The notes under the pieces were generated by a model. The model was given only the letters and a program-made list of their open reading frames with translations, made no database searches and had not been told where the DNA came from. Made by a program: the position numbers and the translations under genes. Below are positions 17,802 to 25,499 of a stretch of 51,411 nucleotides of DNA, in pieces. Origin of the DNA: an uncultured Gammaproteobacteria bacterium (GTDB lineage Bacteria > Patescibacteriota > Microgenomatia > UBA12405 > JAHJSD01); the NCBI GenBank assembly GCA_964498425.1, contig CAZCGQ010000005.1:1-51411 (forward strand), in the 5' to 3' direction. Within the stretch, counting starts at the first letter, position 1; each line of letters opens with the position of its first letter.

Positions 17802-19431
17802 TTGGATACCTAATTATTGTATCAGGTTTAACGTTATAGGGAAATTCTTCAGGTTTACCGATAAGAACTGAACCCTTGATTAAGGAATCAGACGCCCAGT
17901 TTATCTCTTTAAAGAGATATTTACCCAGCCGATACTCGCCTAACTGATCAACAAAGCTTAAACCCTCTTCTTCATATCTAAGCCAATCCTCTGTTTCCTT
18001 CTGGGCTTTGGCCGGCGGATATTGACCGCAAAATAAAGCGTAAGCTTGTGGTTCGGAAAGCTTTCTTGACATAATAATTTGTTCAGCTTGTGAATAATTT
18101 TTTTGTACATATTCAACTGCTTCACACCGCCCATAAAGCATTGCCTCCGCCGTCAGCCGCGGAGACTGGACAAAATAAACCTCCAAGAAAGAAATAAAGG
18201 AATAAATAAATAAAGTGATCAAGATTGGAATTATAATTTTTAACTTTTCACTTTTAACTTTTAACTTCCAGCTGCTCCAAGCGATAAGCATCTGGATGAA
18301 TGGCATCATTACTGCTGCCCGATTGCCCATCCTGCTTCCCTTAGTCAACGCCGCCGGAATCGGGGCAACTAATATTACCGCCAGTAAAGATAGTACAGCG
18401 ATCATTGTATTATCTTTACCAATTGACTTGATTAAATGAATTACACCATAAATTAAAACTAGCAATGTCCACCACCACAAAACTCCATAACCAGGCATCA
18501 TCCCGTAAGTACCTTCACCTGGGCCCTCTGTAAACAAAAATTGGGGTGAAAAATAAGTTAAATAATTCTCAAAAAACTTTGAAAAAGTGTATGTAGCCTT
18601 ATTATGAACTATCCGTGCTAATCCACTGGGGATTTGGTGGTTAACTGCCCACCAACGACTGTCTTTAACCACTTGCCACTTATCTGTTGGGCTAAACACA
18701 GCAATATCTAAACCTCGAGATTGGCCACCAGTAATAAAGGAAGAAAAAGCAACTAGAAAGAAGATAGAATATAGAACTAAGAAGCTAGAATTTTGGGAAA
18801 AATATTCTTTTACTGCATTAAGCTTTGAGCCTTTAGCTCTTAGCAATATTTTTGCGACACACAAAAATATTACCACCGGGGTAATTAATTTGGCACTGTG
18901 GTAAGAAAACATATTTAGTCCCAGTAAAACTGCCGACAGAATTTGATAGTTTTTTAATAACGCCCAAACCCCAAATGAGATAAAAAAAACTGTCATGTTA
19001 GCCTCAAAGGCTCCGCGTGATAACGGCCAATGCCACGGTGAAAAAGTAATCAAGCCTGCAGAAATTAAACCTATTTGAGGAGATTTTAACAATTCTCTAG
19101 CTAAAAGATAAACTCCCAAAATTGCTAATGTTCCTAATAATGCATTTGGAAAACGTACAGAGAATTTATTTAATCCAAAAAGTTTTATCGAAGGGATAAT
19201 TAAATAAGTCTGCAGTGGCGGTTTGTAATCACCGTAAGACCTTAGATTTAAAGGCCAAGACTTGCCCCATTCATCCCTGCCCGTTTCTATTAAAGAATAG
19301 GCAGTATAACCCTGCATTGCTTCATCTGGCGTCAACCCAGCTGGATATTTTTCCAATTTCCACAACCGCAAGAATCCCCCCGCAATAACTAAAAAACTTA
19401 AAACTAGAATATGTCTATTTCTATTATTCAT
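17767..19431 (-). CDS. GT-C membrane glycosyltransferase, PMT/ArnT-like, tandem paralogue 4
   Basis: 554 aa with YPAGLTPDEAMQGYTAYSLIETGRDEWG and SPWHWPLSRGAFE. C-terminal domain LYGRCEAVEYV...EPQAYALFCGQY. Confidence 0.75.
   Translation of the reverse strand: MNNRNRHILVLSFLVIAGGFLRLWKLEKYPAGLTPDEAMQGYTAYSLIETGRDEWGKSWPLNLRSYGDYKPPLQTYLIIPSIKLFGLNKFSVRFPNALLGTLAILGVYLLARELLKSPQIGLISAGLITFSPWHWPLSRGAFEANMTVFFISFGVWALLKNYQILSAVLLGLNMFSYHSAKLITPVVIFLCVAKILLRAKGSKLNAVKEYFSQNSSFLVLYSIFFLVAFSSFITGGQSRGLDIAVFSPTDKWQVVKDSRWWAVNHQIPSGLARIVHNKATYTFSKFFENYLTYFSPQFLFTEGPGEGTYGMMPGYGVLWWWTLLVLIYGVIHLIKSIGKDNTMIAVLSLLAVILVAPIPAALTKGSRMGNRAAVMMPFIQMLIAWSSWKLKVKSEKLKIIIPILITLFIYSFISFLEVYFVQSPRLTAEAMLYGRCEAVEYVQKNYSQAEQIIMSRKLSEPQAYALFCGQYPPAKAQKETEDWLRYEEEGLSFVDQLGEYRLGKYLFKEINWASDSLIKGSVLIGKPEEFPYNVKPDTIIRYPNEEPAIYIIKV
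18238..18267. repeat. 7-bp tandem array (TTTTAAC/TTTTCAC x4)
   Basis: ttttaac ttttcac ttttaac ttttaac. Sense strand encodes KLKVKSEKLK in paralogue 4. Confidence 0.85.
18758..18792. repeat. 7-bp tandem array ([t/a]AGAAnn x5)
   Basis: aagaaga tagaata tagaact aagaagc tagaatt. Sense strand encodes SSFLVLYSIFF in paralogue 4. Confidence 0.65.
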
Positions 19432-19436
19432 TACAA

Positions 19437-19464
19437 ACCACTAGCCACTAACACCTAATCGCTA
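19437..19464. repeat. 7-bp tandem array (CCACTAn-type x4, degenerate)
   Basis: accacta gccacta acaccta atcgcta. Spans the TAG stop of paralogue 5 and the 23-nt gap before the paralogue 4 start. Minus-sense TAGGTGT TAGTGGC TAGTGGT. Confidence 0.65.
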
Positions 19465-21086
19465 CTTGTTACCCAATACATTAACGGATTTCCCCATGGA
19501 TCATCCACTGCTTTTTCAATTTTCAATCCCTCCGGGGAACTTAATTCCCAATCCCAATCCCCTGGGACTTCCTTTCCTTGATAAGCTAAATACAAATCAT
19601 TAGAGTTTAAATTTTCCTTTAACCAGTTGATTTTATCTTCCATTGTAATTAGGCCAAAGTAAGTATTATTGATTTCAAAGCCATTAAAATCAGAAAGTAT
19701 ATTTTCATTCAGCTGGTCGTTATCAAAATTTTGATGAAACTCCCTCGGATTAATTTCATTCCAAAACAAATATCGAATAAGTCCTGGCTCTAAAGAATTG
19801 CTGATAATTACGCGTTGATTATCTCTGTTTTTCTTCAACCAAGTCATTGCCTCCCGATAACCGTAGTGCCAATGCCGATATGTTTCTTGCTGATAATGTA
19901 CAAAATAATAATGAAAAAAGAAAAATAAGTTAATAAATAGTAATAAGTAAACGGGAGCAAGTAACAATTTCTTTTTAACAGAATTAAGACCCAAACTAAC
20001 AAGGATAACCAGGGGTGGAAGCATCAAAAATAGACGAGTCGCCTGATTACCGCCGCCAACAGTCAAAGCAGATGGAATTGGCGAAACTAACAGCCAGGAA
20101 GTCATCAAAACTTTAAACTGATTACTATGATTTTTGAACAACTCCAAGACACCTAACATCATAAATGGTGCAAATAACCAATAAAATTGTCCGTAATCGG
20201 GCAAACTATGCCGAGGGTTTGGATCCCCGTTCAAAAATAGAAACTGTGTCGAAAAGGAAGCTAAGTAATTAGAAACAAAATTGCCACCCCACCCAGTTAA
20301 CTTATTATGAAAAACCCTCTCTACCTCCGGATTAATTCCTGTATTTCGCAGATGAATAATCTTTCTAATTGTCACATCATCTCCAAAAATGCTTATCAAG
20401 TTAAACCTCCCAGCAGCTTGGCCCAAAAATATTTGATAAACAATAGGCAAACCTACCACTAAAAGGATAATTCCAGGTAAAATCATCCCTTTTAGACCAC
20501 TAAATATCTTTTTTCTTTTGGAAAAGATGAGTACTAGTCCCAATAAGGGGACAAAAACATTGGCTGTATTGTAGGTATAAAAGCTAAGTCCAAAAAGTAA
20601 AGCAGAAAGGGAAAATTTTTCTTTGTAAAAGAACAACGTTCCGGCCAAAACAAGTCCAAGAAGCAAAGTTGATTCAAATGCCGTTCGTGAATAATGAATG
20701 TGCCAAGGAATTACAGCTAAAACAAACCCGGATAATAAGCCCAGCTGTTTGTTATCAGCTAATTCCGTGACTAAACGGTAAATCAAATATACATTTAACA
20801 CTCCTAACAAAACCACTGGTAGCCTAACTGACCAAGCGGAAAGTCCCAAAATACCAACAAAGGGAGCAGTTACATACATTAGCAGCGGAGCTCGCCATTC
20901 CGAAAAGGACTGAATATAAGTGGGCAGCAACTGCCCACGATAATCCCTGCCTGTCTGCCAAATAGAATAAGCATGATAACCAACATCAAGCTCATCACCA
21001 AATGGTTCTAGATGTCCCAATCTATAAATTCTTAATCCGAAAGCAAGAACCAAAACTAAAATTAAAATAAGTTTATTTTTCATCAA
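19455..21086 (-). CDS. GT-C membrane glycosyltransferase, PMT/ArnT-like, tandem paralogue 5
   Basis: 543 aa with LEPFGDELDVGYHAYSIWQTGRDYRG and IPWHIHYSRTAFE. C-terminal domain HYGYREAMTWL. Confidence 0.75.
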   Translation of the reverse strand: MMKNKLILILVLVLAFGLRIYRLGHLEPFGDELDVGYHAYSIWQTGRDYRGQLLPTYIQSFSEWRAPLLMYVTAPFVGILGLSAWSVRLPVVLLGVLNVYLIYRLVTELADNKQLGLLSGFVLAVIPWHIHYSRTAFESTLLLGLVLAGTLFFYKEKFSLSALLFGLSFYTYNTANVFVPLLGLVLIFSKRKKIFSGLKGMILPGIILLVVGLPIVYQIFLGQAAGRFNLISIFGDDVTIRKIIHLRNTGINPEVERVFHNKLTGWGGNFVSNYLASFSTQFLFLNGDPNPRHSLPDYGQFYWLFAPFMMLGVLELFKNHSNQFKVLMTSWLLVSPIPSALTVGGGNQATRLFLMLPPLVILVSLGLNSVKKKLLLAPVYLLLFINLFFFFHYYFVHYQQETYRHWHYGYREAMTWLKKNRDNQRVIISNSLEPGLIRYLFWNEINPREFHQNFDNDQLNENILSDFNGFEINNTYFGLITMEDKINWLKENLNSNDLYLAYQGKEVPGDWDWELSSPEGLKIEKAVDDPWGNPLMYWVTSSD

Positions 21087-22356
21087 CTAATAAAATAAAT
21101 TTATAAATATAATATCCAAAAGTTAATATTAACCCTAATGACATTAACCTAGCTAAAGCAAAGTTTTGCCATTCTAGGATAGTTCTTAAAAAAGGCAGGG
21201 ACGGGTACCACCAAAGGTTGTAAAGATTTAGCCAATGAATTACTGTCAAGCCGATAAATAATTTTAACGGAATAATTCCAAGGGCAGTTAAAATTGCACT
21301 TGGAGCGAAAACAGGATAAAGGTAACGTTCATGCATATTAGTTAAAAACAAAAAGGCAGTTAATGATAATAGAATTAGATTCAATAAATAAAACTTAAAT
21401 TTTGGTTTCGACTTTAACTGTTTAATAAGCCCAAATCCAGATAAAAACATCATGATTAATCCTGATAAAAAACGGCCAAATCTTCTAGCCGTCGTTCCCA
21501 AAAATGATACCGTTTCTTTTAAACCCAGGTCAACACCGAAAACTAGCGTCCAAAAATTAAAAGCATTTCCGGAAAGCATATTTCCCTGTCTGGGCAGGAC
21601 ACGATTGGTATACATATACCACAACCAAGTAAAAACATTCCCGTGATGAACAAAGGGAAGGGAAATTAGAAAATAGAAACTAGAAGATAGAATAAAGGCT
21701 AATAATATTTTTAACCATTCTTTGTTCCTAAGTAGTATCAGGCCGAAAATTGGAAGCCAGATTATTAATGACAGTTTAAAATACAAACTGCCGATAAAGG
21801 CTAATAAGCCCCAAAGGTATTTCTTATTCCAAATCAACCAAACTCCCATCAAAGCCAGTAAATTAATCAAAGGATCGGTTTGGCCCCAAACAGCAGAGTT
21901 ATAAATTAATGCCGGATTAAACCAAATTAATCCTCCACCAAGTAAAGCCTTTTTTTTATCTGCAGTAAGTTTAAGAACCATCCGGTAAACCAACCATCCC
22001 AAGCCTATTTCAGCTAGAACAAATGGAATTTTAACTAGAATAAAAGAAAGTTTTTTTTCGAGAAATGGCATTATAAACGAAGGAAACGCCCTAATTTCCT
22101 GATTTAAAAAGGTCAAGCCGTTAAACATTAATTCGTCTGCCTTAGTAATTGCCCCAAAAAGATACATTGATCCCGGCGGTTGGTTTGGCCAGGAAATGCC
22201 CCAAAAAATACTTTCGTAAAAATCCCTTGGACCGTATCGCCATAATCTTTGCCCCCAATCAATATGGTTTCTAATATCAGGATGATATTGAGCTCCAACC
22301 GCAATTACTAAACGAATAACTAGTGCTAAAACAACGAGTTTCTTTACCTTTGACAT
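21073..22356 (-). CDS. GT-C-like membrane glycosyltransferase (ALG6/ALG8- or Gpi18-like, COG5542-type)
   Basis: 427 aa, multi-pass. The loop DIRNHIDWGQRLWRYGPRDFYESIFWGISWPNQPPGSMYLF parallels the D-x-x-x-x-x-W...Y...DYPPL loop of ALG6/8-type enzymes. HERYLYP lies near the C-terminus. Confidence 0.55.
   Translation of the reverse strand: MSKVKKLVVLALVIRLVIAVGAQYHPDIRNHIDWGQRLWRYGPRDFYESIFWGISWPNQPPGSMYLFGAITKADELMFNGLTFLNQEIRAFPSFIMPFLEKKLSFILVKIPFVLAEIGLGWLVYRMVLKLTADKKKALLGGGLIWFNPALIYNSAVWGQTDPLINLLALMGVWLIWNKKYLWGLLAFIGSLYFKLSLIIWLPIFGLILLRNKEWLKILLAFILSSSFYFLISLPFVHHGNVFTWLWYMYTNRVLPRQGNMLSGNAFNFWTLVFGVDLGLKETVSFLGTTARRFGRFLSGLIMMFLSGFGLIKQLKSKPKFKFYLLNLILLSLTAFLFLTNMHERYLYPVFAPSAILTALGIIPLKLFIGLTVIHWLNLYNLWWYPSLPFLRTILEWQNFALARLMSLGLILTFGYYIYKFILLVDEK
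21667..21694. repeat. 7-bp tandem array (TAGAAnn x4)
   Basis: tagaaaa tagaaac tagaaga tagaata. Sense strand encodes LSSSFYFLIS. Confidence 0.8.
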
Positions 22357-23153
22357 AATTGGCTTGTTCTTATTATAAGATTAATTAGGTAATGTTCCAA
22401 AAGTCCGTGATACTTTCTACTGCTTTCCACTAACCATTGATTTGGCTTTTCAGCTAAATTTTTGCCGCTGGCTCCGTGTAAGTGGATAACTTTAGCTTCA
22501 GGTAAATAAACAATTCTTAAATCTTCTTGGCATGTCCTTCGGCAGTAATCAATATCCTCATAATACATAAAATACTTCTCATCCAGTAAACCAACTTTTT
22601 TCAATGTTTTCCTCGGCAATAACCAAACTGCTCCAACAACAGCCTCAACTTCTTGCGCCTCATTCCCTTCGGGGGTATATTTGCCAAATGCTTTGGAATT
22701 ACCCAACCAAAACTTTTTAACAGCCCCAACAACCGTCGGCAGTTTCAAACAAGAAGGTTGAACAGATCCATCTAAATTAAGTAACTGTGGAGCAACAATA
22801 CCAAGGTCATCATCTTTATTAGCAAAATCAATCAAGGCCTTGATACTCCCCGATTCTATTTCTGTATCGGTATTCAGCACAAGAAGATATTCTCCTTGTG
22901 CCTTTTCCAACCCCTGATTAACTGCCTTCCCAAACCCCAGATTCTCATTATTTTCTATCAAAATAATTTTGAACTTTGAACTTTGAACTTTGAACTTTCT
23001 GACAAACTCTACCGAGTTGTCAGAACTATTATTATCAACCACAATAACTTCTATCTCGGTCATAGGCAGTTGAAGGTTACAGACTAAACTTTTTAAGCAA
23101 TTTTGAAGCAGTTTTTTGGTATTAAAATTTACAATAATTATCGATAAGGTCAT
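22344..23153 (-). CDS. GT2-family glycosyltransferase
   Basis: 269 aa with LSIIIVNFNTKKLLQNCLKSL...VIVVDNNSSDNS...NENLGFGKAVNQG...LVLNTDT. Confidence 0.85.
   Translation of the reverse strand: MTLSIIIVNFNTKKLLQNCLKSLVCNLQLPMTEIEVIVVDNNSSDNSVEFVRKFKVQSSKFKIILIENNENLGFGKAVNQGLEKAQGEYLLVLNTDTEIESGSIKALIDFANKDDDLGIVAPQLLNLDGSVQPSCLKLPTVVGAVKKFWLGNSKAFGKYTPEGNEAQEVEAVVGAVWLLPRKTLKKVGLLDEKYFMYYEDIDYCRRTCQEDLRIVYLPEAKVIHLHGASGKNLAEKPNQWLVESSRKYHGLLEHYLINLIIRTSQLCQR
22968..22998. repeat. 7-bp tandem array (TTTGAAC x4 perfect)
   Basis: Four perfect units occupy 22968-22995. Sense strand encodes KFKVQSSKFK in the GT2 ORF. Confidence 0.9.
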
Positions 23154-24601
23154 TGCTTAACTTGAAGATAATATTTCGGCAAATTTGCCTTTAATCGCTG
23201 TAATCCCTCTATTTCCTCTCGTTGGGTTAATAAAACTGCCTGTTCAGGCAAAGATTGCCCACTTTGCCATTTCGATACGGGTTGATCAAAATAAGCCGCT
23301 TCATAAAACTTCGCTGATTCGCCATCGGCCTGAAAAATAGTCTCCGAAATAAAAGGCTGATAATTCTTTTCTTTGGCAATTTTCAATAACCCGAGATAGC
23401 TCTCTTCAATTGGCTCAGACAACTGTTGATCAATTTGATTAGGATATTTCCACCAATAATAACCAACAAAATCAATATAGTTAATTGTCATTAATCCCAC
23501 AATAAAGACGATTATTAATCTCTTCCCCATTCCTGACTGCCATAGTTGTTTAAACCCAAAACCGGCGATAATGACAAACATTGGAATTAGAGCCATTAAC
23601 CGGCTGGCTCGGTGTACAGAATTAACTAAACCGTAAAGGAGGGGGCCGGTCAAAAAAACGGCTAAGGCAAACCGTTCTTCTTTTCGTCCTTTAGCTAAAA
23701 CATAGTATATTCCAGCCAAAAACAGGGGTAAGCTTGCCAGCAGGTACATCCCATGCCTTCCAGTCGAGTGGTAAACAGTTTGATCTCCTTGGACAAACAA
23801 AAAGGATAAATCATAACTAGACAAATAGGCATTAAATAGATTATAAACTGATCCAACTTGTGGCGACTGACTGTCAAAAACCGCTCCAGCGTATTTTTGC
23901 TGAAGAAGCGGTATAACGGCAAAAAAAGGTAGGGTTCCCAGACTAAAGTAAAGGCACTTTCTGAAAATCATTTTCAAATCTGGCCAGTTGTTGACCAGTA
24001 AATATCCAGCTGTTAACAACGACCAAACTGGAACAATTGCCCGCATTCCTTTATAAGTATAAAATCCAACTCCCAAACTGGCTCCAGCCAAAACCAAAAA
24101 CAGCCTTTCTTTCCTTTTAGTACTTAAAAACAAGAACATCAGCCAGAGAAGGACAAAGGGTATCGGCATGATATTGTCTAATCCAAGATGGGATTGAATC
24201 ATTATCAGTGGAATGGTCAGATAAACGCCACCTGCTGCTACCGCCCCCAATTTTCCCATCATCATTTTAGCCAGATAATAAACTAGAACTAAGCTGATTA
24301 AAATTATTAAAACACTCGTTAATCTTAGTTTATATTTACTTGCCCCAAAGATTTTAAAAAAGGCCGTCATCATATACTGGGTTACCGGCTGCCGCCAATC
24401 CTGACCATTTATTGATAAAACAAAAAAAGGTAAAAACCGACCATTTTCGTCATAACCAGTTTCGCTTAATAAAACAGCATTATAACCAAAGGCAGCCTCG
24501 TCAACTGTCAAGCCTGAAGGAACTTTATTTAAACGGTAAGAAAAAAATAAACCCAGAGGGATTAAAATTAAAACCCAAATTAAAACCTTTTTAATTATCA
24601 T
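23150..24601 (-). CDS. GT-C membrane glycosyltransferase, PMT/ArnT-like (sixth, more divergent paralogue)
   Basis: 483 aa with VPSGLTVDEAAFGYNAVLLSETGYDENG, multi-pass. Shorter C-terminal domain than the tandem five. Confidence 0.7.
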   Translation of the reverse strand: MIIKKVLIWVLILIPLGLFFSYRLNKVPSGLTVDEAAFGYNAVLLSETGYDENGRFLPFFVLSINGQDWRQPVTQYMMTAFFKIFGASKYKLRLTSVLIILISLVLVYYLAKMMMGKLGAVAAGGVYLTIPLIMIQSHLGLDNIMPIPFVLLWLMFLFLSTKRKERLFLVLAGASLGVGFYTYKGMRAIVPVWSLLTAGYLLVNNWPDLKMIFRKCLYFSLGTLPFFAVIPLLQQKYAGAVFDSQSPQVGSVYNLFNAYLSSYDLSFLFVQGDQTVYHSTGRHGMYLLASLPLFLAGIYYVLAKGRKEERFALAVFLTGPLLYGLVNSVHRASRLMALIPMFVIIAGFGFKQLWQSGMGKRLIIVFIVGLMTINYIDFVGYYWWKYPNQIDQQLSEPIEESYLGLLKIAKEKNYQPFISETIFQADGESAKFYEAAYFDQPVSKWQSGQSLPEQAVLLTQREEIEGLQRLKANLPKYYLQVKQ

Positions 24602-25491
24602 ACTTTGTCAAATAACCTGAAAATCTCCTTATCCGTTCGGCGGTAACCATCAATTTTTGGACAGCCAAATTGTCGGTATCGCTTCTTGGCGTCTCTGATC
24701 ACCTTCAAATAATTCGGTCCGGTGAAAACGCGCTGAATTAATCCTAAATTATGTTTGAATCTTAAATCCTGATCTGTAATATTTTTCCAAATAAACAATA
24801 ATTGATTTCTTTCCTTAACCCGATTGACGAAATTCTTATTAATTTTTGAAATTGTTGATTCATGCTCGTGGACAACCTTAGCTTCAGGCTCCCAAATAAT
24901 TTTCCATCCCATTTTCCAGGCACGATAACTAATGTCAGTGTCCTCCCAGTAAAATGGATCAAACATCGGGTCAAATCCATTTAGCTTGTTCCACATTTTT
25001 TTTCTAAAAACAGCACTTCCTCCCGATGCCCAACCGCTGATATGAGCCTGATCCGTCTTCTCACCTGGTAGATAGTTAAAAAAACCATCTACCCAGAAAA
25101 TATCCGCCCAACCACCTTCTCCGTTTACTTCATTAAAAGAGACCGCAAAAACCTCTTCATCACTAAAATGATCAACTGCTGGTGCCAAAAAATTTTTCTT
25201 CGGAACAACATCATTATTAAGTAAAACAACGTAATCTCCTTTGGCCATTTCCACACCCTGATTACACCCCCCAATAAATCCTAAATTATCGTCATTAAAA
25301 ACTGTTTTTAACTTTTCATTTTTAACCTTTAACTGTTCAAGATACTCCCTTGAACCGTCCTCACTGCCATTTTCAATCACAATAATTTCACTATTCTCAG
25401 GGGCATTTTTTAACACCCCGGGCAGATTTTTTCGCAGAAGTTTCTCACCATTCCAAGTAGGAATGATAATTGAACTAATAACCTTTGACAT
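24598..25491 (-). CDS. GT2-family glycosyltransferase
   Basis: 297 aa with SSIIIPTWNGEKLL...IIVIENGSEDGS...DDNLGFIGGCNQG...VLLNNDV. Confidence 0.85.
   Translation of the reverse strand: MSKVISSIIIPTWNGEKLLRKNLPGVLKNAPENSEIIVIENGSEDGSREYLEQLKVKNEKLKTVFNDDNLGFIGGCNQGVEMAKGDYVVLLNNDVVPKKNFLAPAVDHFSDEEVFAVSFNEVNGEGGWADIFWVDGFFNYLPGEKTDQAHISGWASGGSAVFRKKMWNKLNGFDPMFDPFYWEDTDISYRAWKMGWKIIWEPEAKVVHEHESTISKINKNFVNRVKERNQLLFIWKNITDQDLRFKHNLGLIQRVFTGPNYLKVIRDAKKRYRQFGCPKIDGYRRTDKEIFRLFDKV
25309..25336. repeat. 7-bp tandem array (TAACTTT-type x4, degenerate)
   Basis: taacttt tcatttt taacctt taactgt. Sense strand encodes LKVKNEKLK. Confidence 0.65.
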
Positions 25492-25499
25492 AAATTATT

